Positions 8,902 to 19,412 are shown, numbered from the stretch's first letter. The stretch: DNA of 36,841 nucleotides from Candidatus Woesearchaeota archaeon (GCA_964549155.1 CAZJUG010000005.1:1-36841), one strand, 5' to 3'. Notes: generated from the letters alone by a model not told the origin. Program-made: numbers and translations.

Positions 8902-9267
8902 ATGGCACAACTAGTAGCATTATTATCTAAGGGAGAAGGAACTTGGGGACAGGTTGCAGGTTTAATAAAACATGGAAAGTGGGATAAAATTGTTCTTGTC
9001 GGAAGTTCTTTCGCTAAAAACTTTGATGTTCCAGGAAAAGAATATGAAATGGTGGAAGTCGATTTAGGAAAGCCATTAGTTAACCTCAAACAAGAAATGG
9101 CTGAGAAGTTGAAACCTAAACTAGACTCGGATTTTAGTTCAGAAGTTGCACTTTCAATTGCCTCAGGAGATGGAAAGGAGCACATGGCATTAATCTCTGC
9201 TTTGCTTTCAATCCCAGTTGGAGTTAGATTCACTGCTTTGACTAAAGAAGGAATTGTATTTTTGTAA
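8902..9267 (+). CDS. conserved-looking hypothetical protein (small alpha/beta domain)
   Basis: 121-aa ORF with globular composition, preferred over the antisense ORF 8874..9233, which is low-complexity. No family recognised. Confidence 0.6.
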   Translation: MAQLVALLSKGEGTWGQVAGLIKHGKWDKIVLVGSSFAKNFDVPGKEYEMVEVDLGKPLVNLKQEMAEKLKPKLDSDFSSEVALSIASGDGKEHMALISALLSIPVGVRFTALTKEGIVFL

Positions 9268-9268
9268 G

Positions 9269-9544
9269 ATGGCCAAATCTATGAGATTGAAGTTAAATCC
9301 CACTAGCACACCCGATCAAGATTGTCACGAAGAAAGGCATAATAAGCTCTATAATGGTCTTGTTGGGAAAACAATAACTCTTGCAAAAGATGGAGAAGTA
9401 ATCTTCTCCAATTGGAGATTTTGGCTACCCAAGCGAGAAGTGGAATTAGATAGTTCTTACGGAGAAACACATGCCAGATTCTCTTCTAGCAGTTATCCCC
9501 GGAGGTTTGAAAGAGATAGTCGAGGGAGATTATATTTAAGGTAG
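9269..9544 (+). CDS. hypothetical protein
   Basis: ATG at 9269, 1 nt after the upstream stop. 91 aa, no family recognised. Confidence 0.4.
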   Translation: MAKSMRLKLNPTSTPDQDCHEERHNKLYNGLVGKTITLAKDGEVIFSNWRFWLPKREVELDSSYGETHARFSSSSYPRRFERDSRGRLYLR

Positions 9545-9556
9545 ATTAATATTTGT

Positions 9557-10594
9557 TTAAACTTTCCTAATTTTCATTCCTTTTTTACTCTTTCCGATTA
9601 AAACAACACAACTTCCTTCCACACTTCCTAAAACTTTCCAAGGTTTCTCTTTTCCATCTAAATTAGAATTCAATTCTTTCAAAAGCTTTTTAGAAAACTC
9701 ATCAACTTGATTAAACCAAGGCATTTTATCATAACCCATTCTTTCTCTAGCAGAGCCAATCGCAGTATAACCCTTTACATGAATAAAATCTGGTTCGGAA
9801 GTCTTAATTAATTCTGCATATTCTGAAACATTTTCATCAGCCATGTTAGTCAAAGAAGCTAATTTTTCTTTTGGGTTTTTACATTCTGTAACAAGAGTCA
9901 ATCTTATACATCGACGGCATTTTCCCTTTAGTTTTTTAATTATAGAGATTGTTTCATTGAATCTTTCCCAAGAATCTTTTCTCAAAGAGTTATGCCATTT
10001 AATAAACAACTCTTCATTAGGGGCATTTGTGGAAAGAGTTAATTGTGTTGGGAGAGAATTTTCCTTATCTAGTTTTTTAATCATCTCGGGATTTTGTCCA
10101 TTTGTAACCAAAAAAGAAATCGCATTTCTTTTTCTTATTAATCTAATCAACTCCGGAAGTTTTGGATAGAGTGTTGCTTCTCCAGAAAGAGAAAGTGTGA
10201 ATAGTGAAGGCTCAAAAGATTTTTCCAACTTTTCTTTATCAATTCCTTTTCTTCCGCCGAAACCCCTAAGTAATTTTTTTCTTTCCTTAATTATTCCTTC
10301 TAAAATATTTTCAGGCTCATCAAAATTTTTTATATCAATTCCTAGATTCATTTCAATAGGTCTCCAACAATGAATGCACATATTGTCGCAATTCATTACA
10401 CAAGGAGAAAATTGACAACAACGAGACGAGTCTATTCCATAAAATTTTTCTTTCCAACAACTCTCTTTCCCACGAAGAGAATTTTTGGTATAATTACAAA
10501 CTTGTACAGCACCTCCAATGCCAAACAAACCATAACTCTTCTTTTTTAGGTCGTTTTTTATTTCTTCTGTCAACCCAGCAGAATTTTTTACCAT
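9557..10594 (-). CDS. taw1: tRNA 4-demethylwyosine synthase (Taw1/TYW1, radical SAM)
   Basis: CDNMCIHC radical-SAM CxxxCxxC motif preceded by a second Cys cluster (CNYTKNSL...CW...CCQFSPC). About 345 aa, typical of archaeal Taw1. Confidence 0.8.
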   Translation of the reverse strand: MVKNSAGLTEEIKNDLKKKSYGLFGIGGAVQVCNYTKNSLRGKESCWKEKFYGIDSSRCCQFSPCVMNCDNMCIHCWRPIEMNLGIDIKNFDEPENILEGIIKERKKLLRGFGGRKGIDKEKLEKSFEPSLFTLSLSGEATLYPKLPELIRLIRKRNAISFLVTNGQNPEMIKKLDKENSLPTQLTLSTNAPNEELFIKWHNSLRKDSWERFNETISIIKKLKGKCRRCIRLTLVTECKNPKEKLASLTNMADENVSEYAELIKTSEPDFIHVKGYTAIGSARERMGYDKMPWFNQVDEFSKKLLKELNSNLDGKEKPWKVLGSVEGSCVVLIGKSKKGMKIRKV

Positions 10595-10634
10595 AAATAA
10601 AAAAAATAAAATAGGATTTAAATAGTTATTGAAA

Positions 10635-10727
10635 CTATTTCTTCTTCTTTTTAGCTGCTTTCTTCTTAACTGATTTCTTTGCAGTTTTCTTCTTTGCAGT
10701 TTTTTTAGCAGCTTTTTTCTTTGCCAT
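10635..10727 (-). CDS. 30-aa Lys/Ala-rich micro-protein (not in the ORF track)
   Basis: Hand translation gives MAKKKAAKKTAKKKTAKKSVKKKAAKKKKK*. AAGGGGAT Shine-Dalgarno-like element about 8 nt upstream and an A/T box further upstream. Confidence 0.4.
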   Translation of the reverse strand: MAKKKAAKKTAKKKTAKKSVKKKAAKKKKK

Positions 10728-10789
10728 TTTTATTTAATCCCCTTCTTTTAATTGAAAGAATCAATACTTATTAGTTTAAATAGTTTTCC

Positions 10790-12196
10790 CTAATTGAAGA
10801 ATTTTGCAAAGATCCATCCAAATATTATCAAAAGAAAAATTATTCCCACCGTCGATAAAATAAATTTGTAGATTTTTTCAGATTTCGCTTTAGATTTTGT
10901 TAGAGAAAGAATAAACAAATAACTGAATCTTCCGCCGTCTAAGATTCCTAATGGCAACATGTTAAACATTGCTACAAAGAAATTTATTAGGGCAATCCAA
11001 TAAAATAAATATCTAAAATAATCCGCAACATCTGAATTATATCTAGCTTGATAAAAAATTGAGGAATCTTTATATTGTATCAATCCAACAAATTTTCCGA
11101 GGATATTTCTACTATAAACAATTCTTTTTCCTGAAATTCCTAAGAATCCAACTGAAGAGTTTAATGGGTGCTCATCCAAAACGAATCCATATTCTTTTAT
11201 TTCTCCAAGATAATTTGTTTTTATTTGAACTTCTTGTCCAGGGATTTTAGATGAAATTTTTTCTTGAAATGTTATCGCATCTGAAATTTTTTCATCATCA
11301 AGTGCAATTATAGCTCCTTTCAACTCATTTCTTATCGCTGGATGATCTGCATAGACTATCAATGAAGAATTTTCTAATAAAGATTCATTTTGCAGAATTA
11401 AAGAATAAAGAGAAATAGGGATATAATATTTATTATCTGTTGTATTTATCCTAACTAGATTCTCTGAGAAGTTTTCAAATCCAACAATTTCTGAAGAATT
11501 TATCGTGGTTTGTACATATCCTGAAAAGATATAACCTGAAGGAGCATAAGACAAATTGAAGAATACTATCAATCCTACGAAGAAAATTATCGCAAAAATA
11601 AGATTTGCAAACACTCCAGCTCCAAGAATTGCCATCTGTTCAGAATTTTTCTTCTTCTCAAAATTATTCTTATCTTCTTCTACAAAAGCTCCTAAAATTG
11701 GTCCAAGGAAAATAAATCCTGTGGATTTTATTTTCACACCAAAGGTTTTCATAAATACTCCGTGAGAAAATTCATGGACAATTGCAACAATTGCCAATGC
11801 AATTATGAAATAACTGAAATAAAAATTTGGAAAGAAACTTTGCATTCCAAACAACTGAGGGAAATAAGGGATTAGCGGTGCAACAGGAGGAGCTCCATTC
11901 GTTGCCGCTATCACTTGTTCAGGAGATTTTAGGTAAGCATATGCATTTGTCGCTAACAATAAAATTATCAAAATCATCAGGAAAAAAGCCACCACAATTA
12001 CAAAATACTTTATTCTCTTCAATAATTTAGAATGATTTTTTGAAAAATTTTCTATGGCCTGCATTCCTAATCTAGTTCTATACATATACATAATTCCTTC
12101 TCTTTTGAGATTCCTTCGATTTTTAAACAAAAAAAGTACTACCCAGACACAGAATACTACTAAGAATGCTAAATCTACTATTAAGATTTTATCCAT
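10790..12196 (-). CDS. site-2 protease (peptidase M50) membrane metalloprotease
   Basis: HEFSH (HExxH) within a TM segment, later FNMLPLGILDGG (NxxPxxxLDG). Polytopic, with a central PDZ-sized insert. Confidence 0.8.
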   Translation of the reverse strand: MDKILIVDLAFLVVFCVWVVLFLFKNRRNLKREGIMYMYRTRLGMQAIENFSKNHSKLLKRIKYFVIVVAFFLMILIILLLATNAYAYLKSPEQVIAATNGAPPVAPLIPYFPQLFGMQSFFPNFYFSYFIIALAIVAIVHEFSHGVFMKTFGVKIKSTGFIFLGPILGAFVEEDKNNFEKKKNSEQMAILGAGVFANLIFAIIFFVGLIVFFNLSYAPSGYIFSGYVQTTINSSEIVGFENFSENLVRINTTDNKYYIPISLYSLILQNESLLENSSLIVYADHPAIRNELKGAIIALDDEKISDAITFQEKISSKIPGQEVQIKTNYLGEIKEYGFVLDEHPLNSSVGFLGISGKRIVYSRNILGKFVGLIQYKDSSIFYQARYNSDVADYFRYLFYWIALINFFVAMFNMLPLGILDGGRFSYLFILSLTKSKAKSEKIYKFILSTVGIIFLLIIFGWIFAKFFN

Positions 12197-12202
12197 TTGT
12201 AC

Positions 12203-12367
12203 CTACTTTTTCTTTATTGCTCTAAAAGACTTCGACTTACATTTTCTACAAGCCACTTTTCCAGATAATATTCTACCCGGTTCTATTCTCATCTTATGTT
12301 TACAAACCTTGCAAAAGAATACATTCTTGAACAATCTTCTCTGGGCTGTAGGAATCTTTGCAGCCAT
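12203..12367 (-). CDS. rpl40e: ribosomal protein L40e (not in the ORF track)
   Basis: Hand translation gives MAAKIPTAQRRLFKNVFFCKVCKHKMRIEPGRILSGKVACRKCKSKSFRAIKKK. CxxC...CxxC zinc ribbon and L40e-like N-terminus. Starts 3 nt after the aIF5A stop. Confidence 0.75.
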   Translation of the reverse strand: MAAKIPTAQRRLFKNVFFCKVCKHKMRIEPGRILSGKVACRKCKSKSFRAIKKK

Positions 12368-12369
12368 TT

Positions 12370-12759
12370 CTAAACCACTCTTTTAAGAAGTTTAGTTCCC
12401 TCAATATCCCAATATTCTACATTCGCTCCATCGATAACTTGGCCTTTTAGCTCTTCAGGGATATCTAATTCAAAATTATCAAAATTTTCAGAATCCATAA
12501 GGCTTACTTTATCCCCCATTAGAGATAAAACTTGTGCTTTTCTCTTATCGATCATTGGAACTTCAAATCTTTCTCCTCCAGGACACATAAAAATTCTCTT
12601 TTTCTCTGTAGTAGCTGCGATTGCTTCAAAACGACACTTGCTCGCTCCATGCTTTCCAGTCTTAGAAATATCCATTGTCTTTACCAAATATGCTTCTCCA
12701 TCGACGAAGATATAACCGCCAAGCCTCAAGTCATGTGCATTCACTATTTTTAATACCAT
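12370..12759 (-). CDS. eif5a: translation initiation factor 5A (aIF5A)
   Basis: Hypusination loop SKTGKHGASK. 129 aa. Confidence 0.9.
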   Translation of the reverse strand: MVLKIVNAHDLRLGGYIFVDGEAYLVKTMDISKTGKHGASKCRFEAIAATTEKKRIFMCPGGERFEVPMIDKRKAQVLSLMGDKVSLMDSENFDNFELDIPEELKGQVIDGANVEYWDIEGTKLLKRVV

Positions 12760-12848
12760 AAAAAATTGAGACGGAATTGATTTATAAAGTTATTGTTTGA
12801 GATTTTTAGAAACAACAAACTTAAAAAGCATCGCTTATAGTCTTGGAT

Positions 12849-13490
12849 ATGGCAATAGAAAATAAGGATTTCCTAGAAATAGACTTTAGTGCAAAAGTTA
12901 AAAATGGAGAAATTTTTGACACAACAAGGAAAGAAGACTCTAAGGTTCTAAATGTGAAAGAGGATTCTCTAAAACCTCTCATAATCTCTGTTGGAAGTGA
13001 GATGGTTGTAAAAGGATTGGATAGCGATTTAATCGGAAAAGAGATTGGGAAGGATTATGAGATTGAAATTTCTCCAGAAAATGCTTTTGGTAAAAGAGAT
13101 GCATCTCTAGTCCAGATGATTCCAATGAGGAATTTTTCAGAACAGAATGTTTATCCTCAAAAAGGAATGCAGTTTTCTTTTGATGGAAGACTTGCAAGAA
13201 TTTTATCTGTTTCTGGGGGAAGAGTATTGGTGGACTTTAATAATCTCCTTGCAGGAAAAGACATCGTTTATAATTATAAAATATTAAGAAAGGTTGAAGA
13301 CAAAAAAGAACAATTCGATGCTTTGCAAGATTTTTTCTTTAGAAGAAAGTTTGAGTGCGAAGTAAGGGATAAAAAGATAAATGTCAAGGTAGACAAAGAA
13401 TTTTATCCTCTATTTGACTTAATGAAAAAGAGATTTGAAGACATATTGGAGTTAGAGATTTCTATGGAACTGCTCGGGAAGAAAGCATAA
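12849..13490 (+). CDS. FKBP-type peptidyl-prolyl isomerase (SlyD-like archaeal FKBP)
   Basis: FKBP core with an inserted-flap region (LEIDFSAKV..GEIFDTT...; GRVLVDFNNLLAGKD). ATG at 12849. Confidence 0.75.
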   Translation: MAIENKDFLEIDFSAKVKNGEIFDTTRKEDSKVLNVKEDSLKPLIISVGSEMVVKGLDSDLIGKEIGKDYEIEISPENAFGKRDASLVQMIPMRNFSEQNVYPQKGMQFSFDGRLARILSVSGGRVLVDFNNLLAGKDIVYNYKILRKVEDKKEQFDALQDFFFRRKFECEVRDKKINVKVDKEFYPLFDLMKKRFEDILELEISMELLGKKA

Positions 13491-13536
13491 TTTTCAGTCT
13501 ACAAATACTTATAAATAGATAGTTCCTTTGTTTTTT

Positions 13537-14628
13537 ATGGCATATATTGAAAATCAAGGGGGTTTTGATCAAAATTCTGAACTTAACAAGGAGCTTGAAG
13601 AGTTATTGAAAAAACAAAATGCTCGTATTAAGGTAATCGGTGTTGGTGGTGCGGGAAATAATACTGTTTCTAGAATGAGGGAGGTTGGAATAAAGGGTGG
13701 AGAAATTATTGCAATCAATACAGATGCTCAGGATTTGTTATATTCAAATGCAGATCAGAAAATTTTAATTGGAAGAGAGATATCGCGAGGATTGGGTGCA
13801 GGTTCAAATCCTAGAATTGGTGCGGAAGCTGCAAAAGAACAGGCTCAGGAGATTAGAAAGAAATTAGAAAACTCAGACATGGTTTTCGTTACTTGTGGTC
13901 TTGGAGGAGGAACTGGAAGTGGTGCTGCACCTATAGTTGCGGAGATTGCAAAAAAAACAGGGGCTTTAACAATTGGGATTGTTACACTGCCATTTACAGT
14001 TGAAGGAAAGAAAAGAATAGAAAATGCAATGGAATCTTTAGAAAGAATTGAATCTGTTGTAGACACTTTGATAATAATCCCTAATGATAAATTACTCGAA
14101 CTTGCTCCTGATTTGCCATTGCCAACTGCTTTTAAAATTGCAGACGAAATATTGACTAATGCTGTTAAAGGAATTACAGAACTAGTTACTCGGTCGGGTT
14201 TGGTGAATCTAGACTTTGCAGATGTCAAGGCAATAATGTCCAACGGAGGTGTTTCTTTGATTGGCATGGGAGAAGATGATTCAAGTAATAGGGCAGTTGA
14301 GGCTGTTGAAAAAGCTTTGACAAATCCTCTTCTTGATGTTGATGTTTCCAACGGAACGGGAGCCTTAGTGAATGTAATTGGGGGGAACGATTTATCATTA
14401 ACAGAATACAAGAAAATAATGGAAATCATCGGAGAGAGACTTTCTCCAGAGGCTAAACTTATTTCAGGAGCACAAATCTCTAAAGATTTAGAAGGAACGA
14501 TAAGAGTAATGGTTATCATTACGGGTGTTAAAAGTTCTCAGATTAGGGGGGAAAGAAAACCACTAGAAGAAAGAAAAAGGGATGAAATGTCTGAAGAATT
14601 AGGAATTGAATATTTGAGTGAAGAGTAA
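13537..14628 (+). CDS. ftsZ: cell division protein FtsZ
   Basis: GVGGAGNN and the tubulin signature [13 protein letters not shown] at 13537. Confidence 0.95.
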   Translation: MAYIENQGGFDQNSELNKELEELLKKQNARIKVIGVGGAGNNTVSRMREVGIKGGEIIAINTDAQDLLYSNADQKILIGREISRGLGAGSNPRIGAEAAKEQAQEIRKKLENSDMVFVTCGLGGGTGSGAAPIVAEIAKKTGALTIGIVTLPFTVEGKKRIENAMESLERIESVVDTLIIIPNDKLLELAPDLPLPTAFKIADEILTNAVKGITELVTRSGLVNLDFADVKAIMSNGGVSLIGMGEDDSSNRAVEAVEKALTNPLLDVDVSNGTGALVNVIGGNDLSLTEYKKIMEIIGERLSPEAKLISGAQISKDLEGTIRVMVIITGVKSSQIRGERKPLEERKRDEMSEELGIEYLSEE

Positions 14629-14659
14629 CATTTAAAAAGAATTTTTTCATGTAAATAAT

Positions 14660-14839
14660 ATGGTAAATATCAAACACTGGACATCTCACCAACTGAACCA
14701 ATATGTTCGACTTTGGAGAATTATGAGAAAACCTTCTATGGATGAATTCAAGATGATTTCTAAAGTTTCGGCTGTAGGGGTTTTGTTATTGGGACTCATG
14801 GGTTTTTTGATTAATCTTGCTGTTTCTTTGATAAAGTAA
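14660..14839 (+). CDS. secE: preprotein translocase SecE / Sec61-gamma (not in the ORF track)
   Basis: Hand translation gives MVNIKHWTSHQLNQYVRLWRIMRKPSMDEFKMISKVSAVGVLLLGLMGFLINLAVSLIK. RKPxxxEF followed by one TM, and the ftsZ-secE neighbourhood is common in archaea. Confidence 0.65.
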   Translation: MVNIKHWTSHQLNQYVRLWRIMRKPSMDEFKMISKVSAVGVLLLGLMGFLINLAVSLIK

Positions 14840-14878
14840 GATACAAATCCTTAAATAACTTCGGAATTTTTGTTTTTC

Positions 14879-15616
14879 ATGGTTGAAACTAAAATCTCTG
14901 CAGGAGCATACGATTTAAATAAATTTCTTTTCGGAGGTTACGAAACTGACATAATCACAACTCTTTATGGTCCTGGAGGAAGTGGAAAGACAAATCTTTG
15001 TACACTCGTTGCAGTTTCACAGGCTAAGAAGGGAAACAAAGTTGTCTATGTGGATACCGAGGGAGGATTTTCTCCAGAGAGAGTTTTTCAAATAATGAAT
15101 GAGCCTCGAGAAAAGGTGGGGGAAGTTTTGAAAAATATTCTTTTGTTGAAGCCAACTTCTTTTAAGGAACAAGAAAAAGACTTTGAGAAGTTACTGCAGT
15201 ATGTTAATGGAGGAGATATTTCTTTGATTATTATAGACAGCATTGCTATGCTTTACAGGTTAGAACTTGCAGATGCAATAAAGACAAAAGAAGACAGAAA
15301 AATAAAAGAGGTCAATAGTAATCTTGCGACACAATTAAGAAAACTAAACGAAATCGCTCGGAAACAGAATATTCCTGTGATTGTTACAAACCAGGTTTAT
15401 TCTTTATTCGTGCAAGGAGAAAATCAAATTGATGAAGAAAGACAGGTTTCAATGGTTGGGGGGGATTTGTTAAAATATTGGTCAAAATGTTTAATTGAAC
15501 TTAAAAGAGGGAGCAATAGAAGAACATTAGTTTTGAAGAAACATCGTTCCTTGCCTGAAAAAAACTTGGATTTTGAAATTGTTAATTCTGGAATAAGAAA
15601 GAAGGGTTGGATTTAG
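14879..15616 (+). CDS. radB: RadB-type RecA/RadA paralog
   Basis: Walker A GPGGSGKT, Walker B LIIIDS, about 245 aa with no N-terminal HhH domain. Confidence 0.8.
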   Translation: MVETKISAGAYDLNKFLFGGYETDIITTLYGPGGSGKTNLCTLVAVSQAKKGNKVVYVDTEGGFSPERVFQIMNEPREKVGEVLKNILLLKPTSFKEQEKDFEKLLQYVNGGDISLIIIDSIAMLYRLELADAIKTKEDRKIKEVNSNLATQLRKLNEIARKQNIPVIVTNQVYSLFVQGENQIDEERQVSMVGGDLLKYWSKCLIELKRGSNRRTLVLKKHRSLPEKNLDFEIVNSGIRKKGWI

Positions 15617-17328
15617 TTCTTTCTCTTTCTCAAATTATCAAACAACCAAATAAAATAAGGTTTCTTCTCTGCCTTCGCCATTTTTTCTATAATTAATTCA
15701 GGAGTTGAGTTTGCTAACTTTCCTAGAACTGGATTGTGATCTACGATTAACTCATAATTCTCTGTTAACCCTTTAGCTTCTATTCCATCTATTCTACATT
15801 TTTCTGGTAACAGGTGTTGAACTTCTTGACCTAAATGGGTTGCAATTATCAAGAAACAATTTTTTTCTATAAAATACTCGGCTGTTGAAACGATAATCTC
15901 TCCAGCAACTCCAGGTTCTGTAACAGCTTCGATTTCATCTGCAAGAATTAAGGTTCTTTCTCCTGGATTAATCTCAGACATTTGAGTTAAAAGAGTTTCA
16001 AAAGCTCCCTTCGACATTGAGCCTTTATTCTTTGCAAAATAATAAATTTCTGTAAATAATGGAAGACTAACATTTCCAGAGACAGGCAAACCTAATTGAA
16101 ACAATGAGATTAGTTGAATTATATGTTCTATCAATGTTGTTTTCCCACCAGAATTCGCACCTGTTAAAATAGAACATCTATTTTCAGAATCTAAAAAAAA
16201 TGAAATGGGTTGAGGATTTGCAACATAAAGATTTTTTGAAGTTTCTATTCTAAAACCCTCTTCTATCTTCGGGAAATCATAGTCTTCCTTAACACATTTC
16301 TTCATTCCAGAAATAAAATCTAAATAAATAATTTCTGTTTCTAGTTTTCTCAATAACTTTGGTATCTCCTTTATTCTCTGAGAATCTCTCTTTATAGATG
16401 CTGCAGAGTTTGTGAACTCTAGGGTTGATTGTCTCTTTAAGAACGATTCCACTTCCTTTTCATCTAATTTTAATGGAACACTATCTTGAAAAAGTTCCCT
16501 AGGAATTCCAGATTCTGAAATTTCTCTTTCTAAAATATCTTTTATTTCCTTGGGTATACTCTTAACCAACAGCGAAACTACGGAATCTCCAGAAAGAGTT
16601 GTCTTCTTTATCGCAGACAAGATTTTTTCATTTATCTTAGAAAGTTCCAATTCAATTTCATCAAGACTTAATTTCTTAACTTTCTCAGAATCAATTAGTG
16701 GAATAAACGAATTTAGTTCATTTAATGTTTCTTGAATTTCTTGGGTTTTAGATTCCTCTTTCAATATCCTTATATTTTCTTTCCAAGCAGACAGAATAAC
16801 TAAAAACCTCTCTAGATATGCATCTTCGATACTATTTATAAAAATCGTTTGAGGAATTCTTTCTAACATCGAGCCAAAATTTTCACAACCCAATACTTGA
16901 ATAAGGTCATATTTTTCTAGACCTGCCAAATCCGAAGGATGATTCAAGAAAATTACTGGACAACCAAGTTCTTGAAGTTTCAGCAAACTAGATTCTTCTT
17001 CCGTAACAACAACTAAATCATATTTAGGTCTCCAGTTTGAAGAAGTTTTCTTCAATTTTTTCAGAAAACCATTCTCTATGGGGGAAATATGCTTGAAGAA
17101 TTCCTGTCTTTTTTTTATTTCCTCTCGAGAATTTGTAAAACTAAATAATTTTAATATCTGTTTTGTGTCCTCTAAACAAAAATTATTAGAGATTGTAGAT
17201 AAAACTTTTTGATTTATATCTTTTGCATCTTTTGTTTTAAAGATATTATAGTTGCTAGCTCTCACATTAGTTTTAGAAAAAACAGATAGGTTGTTCAACT
17301 CTATAAAGTTTAATATTTCATCTCTCAT
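15613..17328 (-). CDS. MutS-family ATPase (MutS2/archaeal MutS-like, domain V only, no Smr seen)
   Basis: GANSGGKTTLIEHI Walker A and LILADEIEAVTEPGVAGE...IATH Walker B region. ATG at 17328 (the track opens at a TTG at 17337). Confidence 0.75.
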   Translation of the reverse strand: MRDEILNFIELNNLSVFSKTNVRASNYNIFKTKDAKDINQKVLSTISNNFCLEDTKQILKLFSFTNSREEIKKRQEFFKHISPIENGFLKKLKKTSSNWRPKYDLVVVTEEESSLLKLQELGCPVIFLNHPSDLAGLEKYDLIQVLGCENFGSMLERIPQTIFINSIEDAYLERFLVILSAWKENIRILKEESKTQEIQETLNELNSFIPLIDSEKVKKLSLDEIELELSKINEKILSAIKKTTLSGDSVVSLLVKSIPKEIKDILEREISESGIPRELFQDSVPLKLDEKEVESFLKRQSTLEFTNSAASIKRDSQRIKEIPKLLRKLETEIIYLDFISGMKKCVKEDYDFPKIEEGFRIETSKNLYVANPQPISFFLDSENRCSILTGANSGGKTTLIEHIIQLISLFQLGLPVSGNVSLPLFTEIYYFAKNKGSMSKGAFETLLTQMSEINPGERTLILADEIEAVTEPGVAGEIIVSTAEYFIEKNCFLIIATHLGQEVQHLLPEKCRIDGIEAKGLTENYELIVDHNPVLGKLANSTPELIIEKMAKAEKKPYFIWLFDNLRKRKN

Positions 17329-17450
17329 GTGAACCAAAAAGAATCTGGCTTTTTAAGAATTTAGGGCTTTAGATTCCATTCTCAATTTATGAATTTTCTT
17401 ATGTACTCTCAATCCATTAGGTTTATATTTGGGCCAATATCTATTTTTTC

Positions 17451-18026
17451 ATGGATGAAAACTTTGTTTGTGATTATAAAAAAGGAAGAGGAGTAAGAAT
17501 CCTTGATTGGATTATCATTTCTGTGATAATCTTGATTAGTATTTATGCAATAATCAAATATAATTATTTTCAAGAAGAACTTTCCCATGGTGTTGAGAGG
17601 TATGGGGTTCTTGGTGTGTTTGTTTTTTCTTTTATATTAGAATCTATTCCCCAGTTCATCCATCCATTTTCTAGTGTTATATTTGCTTCTGGAATCGGAA
17701 TAAATGTCTTCATTGCTACATTTTTTTCACTTATTGGAAGTTTTGTTGGAGCAGTTGTTGCATTCGAAATTGGGAAAAGGTATGGTTTTAGACTTGTTTG
17801 CCCTCTATTTTCTGAGAAAACTCTTGTGAGGACTCTTAAAAGCTTAGACAAGTATGGCAATGTGTTTATACTAATTTCAGCAGTATCTCCATTTCCTTAC
17901 TTACCTTTAATTTTTGGTTCGTTAGGAATTAGGAGAAAATATTTTTGGTTGTATGGTATCCTTGTCAGGGCAATAAGCTTCATATTCCTGGGATTTTTAC
18001 TACAAATCGGAGTAAACATTCTTTAA
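17451..18026 (+). CDS. DedA/VTT (SNARE-associated) family membrane protein
   Basis: Polytopic, with G..VGAVVAFEIGKRYG and a re-entrant-like pattern typical of DedA/TVP38. Confidence 0.7.
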   Translation: MDENFVCDYKKGRGVRILDWIIISVIILISIYAIIKYNYFQEELSHGVERYGVLGVFVFSFILESIPQFIHPFSSVIFASGIGINVFIATFFSLIGSFVGAVVAFEIGKRYGFRLVCPLFSEKTLVRTLKSLDKYGNVFILISAVSPFPYLPLIFGSLGIRRKYFWLYGILVRAISFIFLGFLLQIGVNIL

Positions 18027-18050
18027 GAATCATATATCTAAAAAATACAA

Positions 18051-19412
18051 CTAAATTTTCTTTAGCTGATAACCTTCTTTTGTATCCTTAATCTGCCAAC
18101 CTTCTTCTTTTAGCAAATCTCTCAATTCATCTGACTTTTTCCAATCTTTGTTTTCTCTAACTTTCTTTCTTTCTTCTGCAATTTTTCTTATTTCTTCAGG
18201 AATCTCAACTTCTTCTTTCTCAAAAAGTTTCAACCCCAAAACTTCATCCATTCTTCCTATAGTTTTATATTTCCCTTTTGCCTTTTCATCTCGGACTAAC
18301 TCCCAAAGAACTGCAAGAGCTTTTGGAGTGTTCAAATCATCATTCATTGCTTCGGCGAATTTCTCTAAATACTCTTTATTTATTTTTGAATCTTCTTGTA
18401 ATGAACCGCATATATTCTTGAGTTTTTTATAAGAAGTTTGTGCATTTTCTAATGCTTCTATTGAGAAATCTAAAGGCTTCCTATAAATTGTGTTTAAACA
18501 TAGATACCTGTAAGATAAAGAGAGAAAACCTTTTTCTTCTAGTTCCTCTAATGTATATAATCCCCCCTTAGACTTTGAAACCTTTTCTCCCTTGAATGTT
18601 AAAAACCCTGTATGCATCCAGTAGTTCACAAACTTTTTCCCTGTTGCTGCTTCGGATTGTGCAATCTCATTTTCATGGTGTGGAAATTTGTTATCTGCTC
18701 CACCAGTATGAATATCTATTGTTTCTCCTAAATGCTTCATAGACATTGCGGAACATTCTAAATGCCAGCCTGGAAAACCTCTTCCCCATGGAGAATCCCA
18801 TTCCTGCTGTCTTTTATCTTCAGGAAATGAAAATTTCCAAAGTGCAAAGTCTGTATTGTTCCTTTTCTCTTTCAATGTAACTCTTTTTCCAGCTTCAATA
18901 TTTTCTACATTTCCTGAGAGTTTTCCATAGTCTTTGAATTTAGAAGTATCAAAATAAATTCCATCTGAGGTTTTGTATGTAAATCCCTTTTTTTCTAAAA
19001 TCTTTAATAGTTCAATTTGTTCTGAGATATATTCGGTAGCTTTACACCAAATGTCTGGCTCTTGGATATTTAGTCTTTTGAAATCTTGCTTGAATGCTTC
19101 CCAATAGAAATTTGCAATGTCCTCGGCTCTCTTACCTTCTTTTGTAGCAGACTTCTCCATCTTATCTTCTCCCTCATCAGAATCTCCAGTCAGATGCCCT
19201 ACATCCGTAACATTCATGACTCTATTAACCTCGTAATCATTGAAAATTAATGTTCTAGTAAGAATATCTCCAAAAATATACCTAAGCATATTTCCTATAT
19301 GGGGGTAAGAATAAACCGTCGGCCCACATTCATAAAGTCTGACCTTTCCTTTCTCAATCGGTTTGAAAACTTCTTTTTTCCTTGATAGGGTGTTGTATAA
19401 CTTTAATACCAT
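18051..19412 (-). CDS. cysS: cysteinyl-tRNA synthetase
   Basis: HIGN (HIGH) and KVSKSKG (KMSKS) motifs. CGPTVY and WHLEC zinc-site motifs. Confidence 0.95.
   Translation of the reverse strand: MVLKLYNTLSRKKEVFKPIEKGKVRLYECGPTVYSYPHIGNMLRYIFGDILTRTLIFNDYEVNRVMNVTDVGHLTGDSDEGEDKMEKSATKEGKRAEDIANFYWEAFKQDFKRLNIQEPDIWCKATEYISEQIELLKILEKKGFTYKTSDGIYFDTSKFKDYGKLSGNVENIEAGKRVTLKEKRNNTDFALWKFSFPEDKRQQEWDSPWGRGFPGWHLECSAMSMKHLGETIDIHTGGADNKFPHHENEIAQSEAATGKKFVNYWMHTGFLTFKGEKVSKSKGGLYTLEELEEKGFLSLSYRYLCLNTIYRKPLDFSIEALENAQTSYKKLKNICGSLQEDSKINKEYLEKFAEAMNDDLNTPKALAVLWELVRDEKAKGKYKTIGRMDEVLGLKLFEKEEVEIPEEIRKIAEERKKVRENKDWKKSDELRDLLKEEGWQIKDTKEGYQLKKI

Noticed and set aside
13845-14519. 224-aa antisense ORF inside ftsZ, and similar shadow ORFs (436..750, 794..1057, 1327..1647, 8874..9233, 12054..12386, 17570..17860, 26618..26881 and others)
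   Set aside because: Each lies opposite or overlapping a gene with clear family motifs and has Ser/Pro/Ile-rich low-complexity translations typical of antisense frames.
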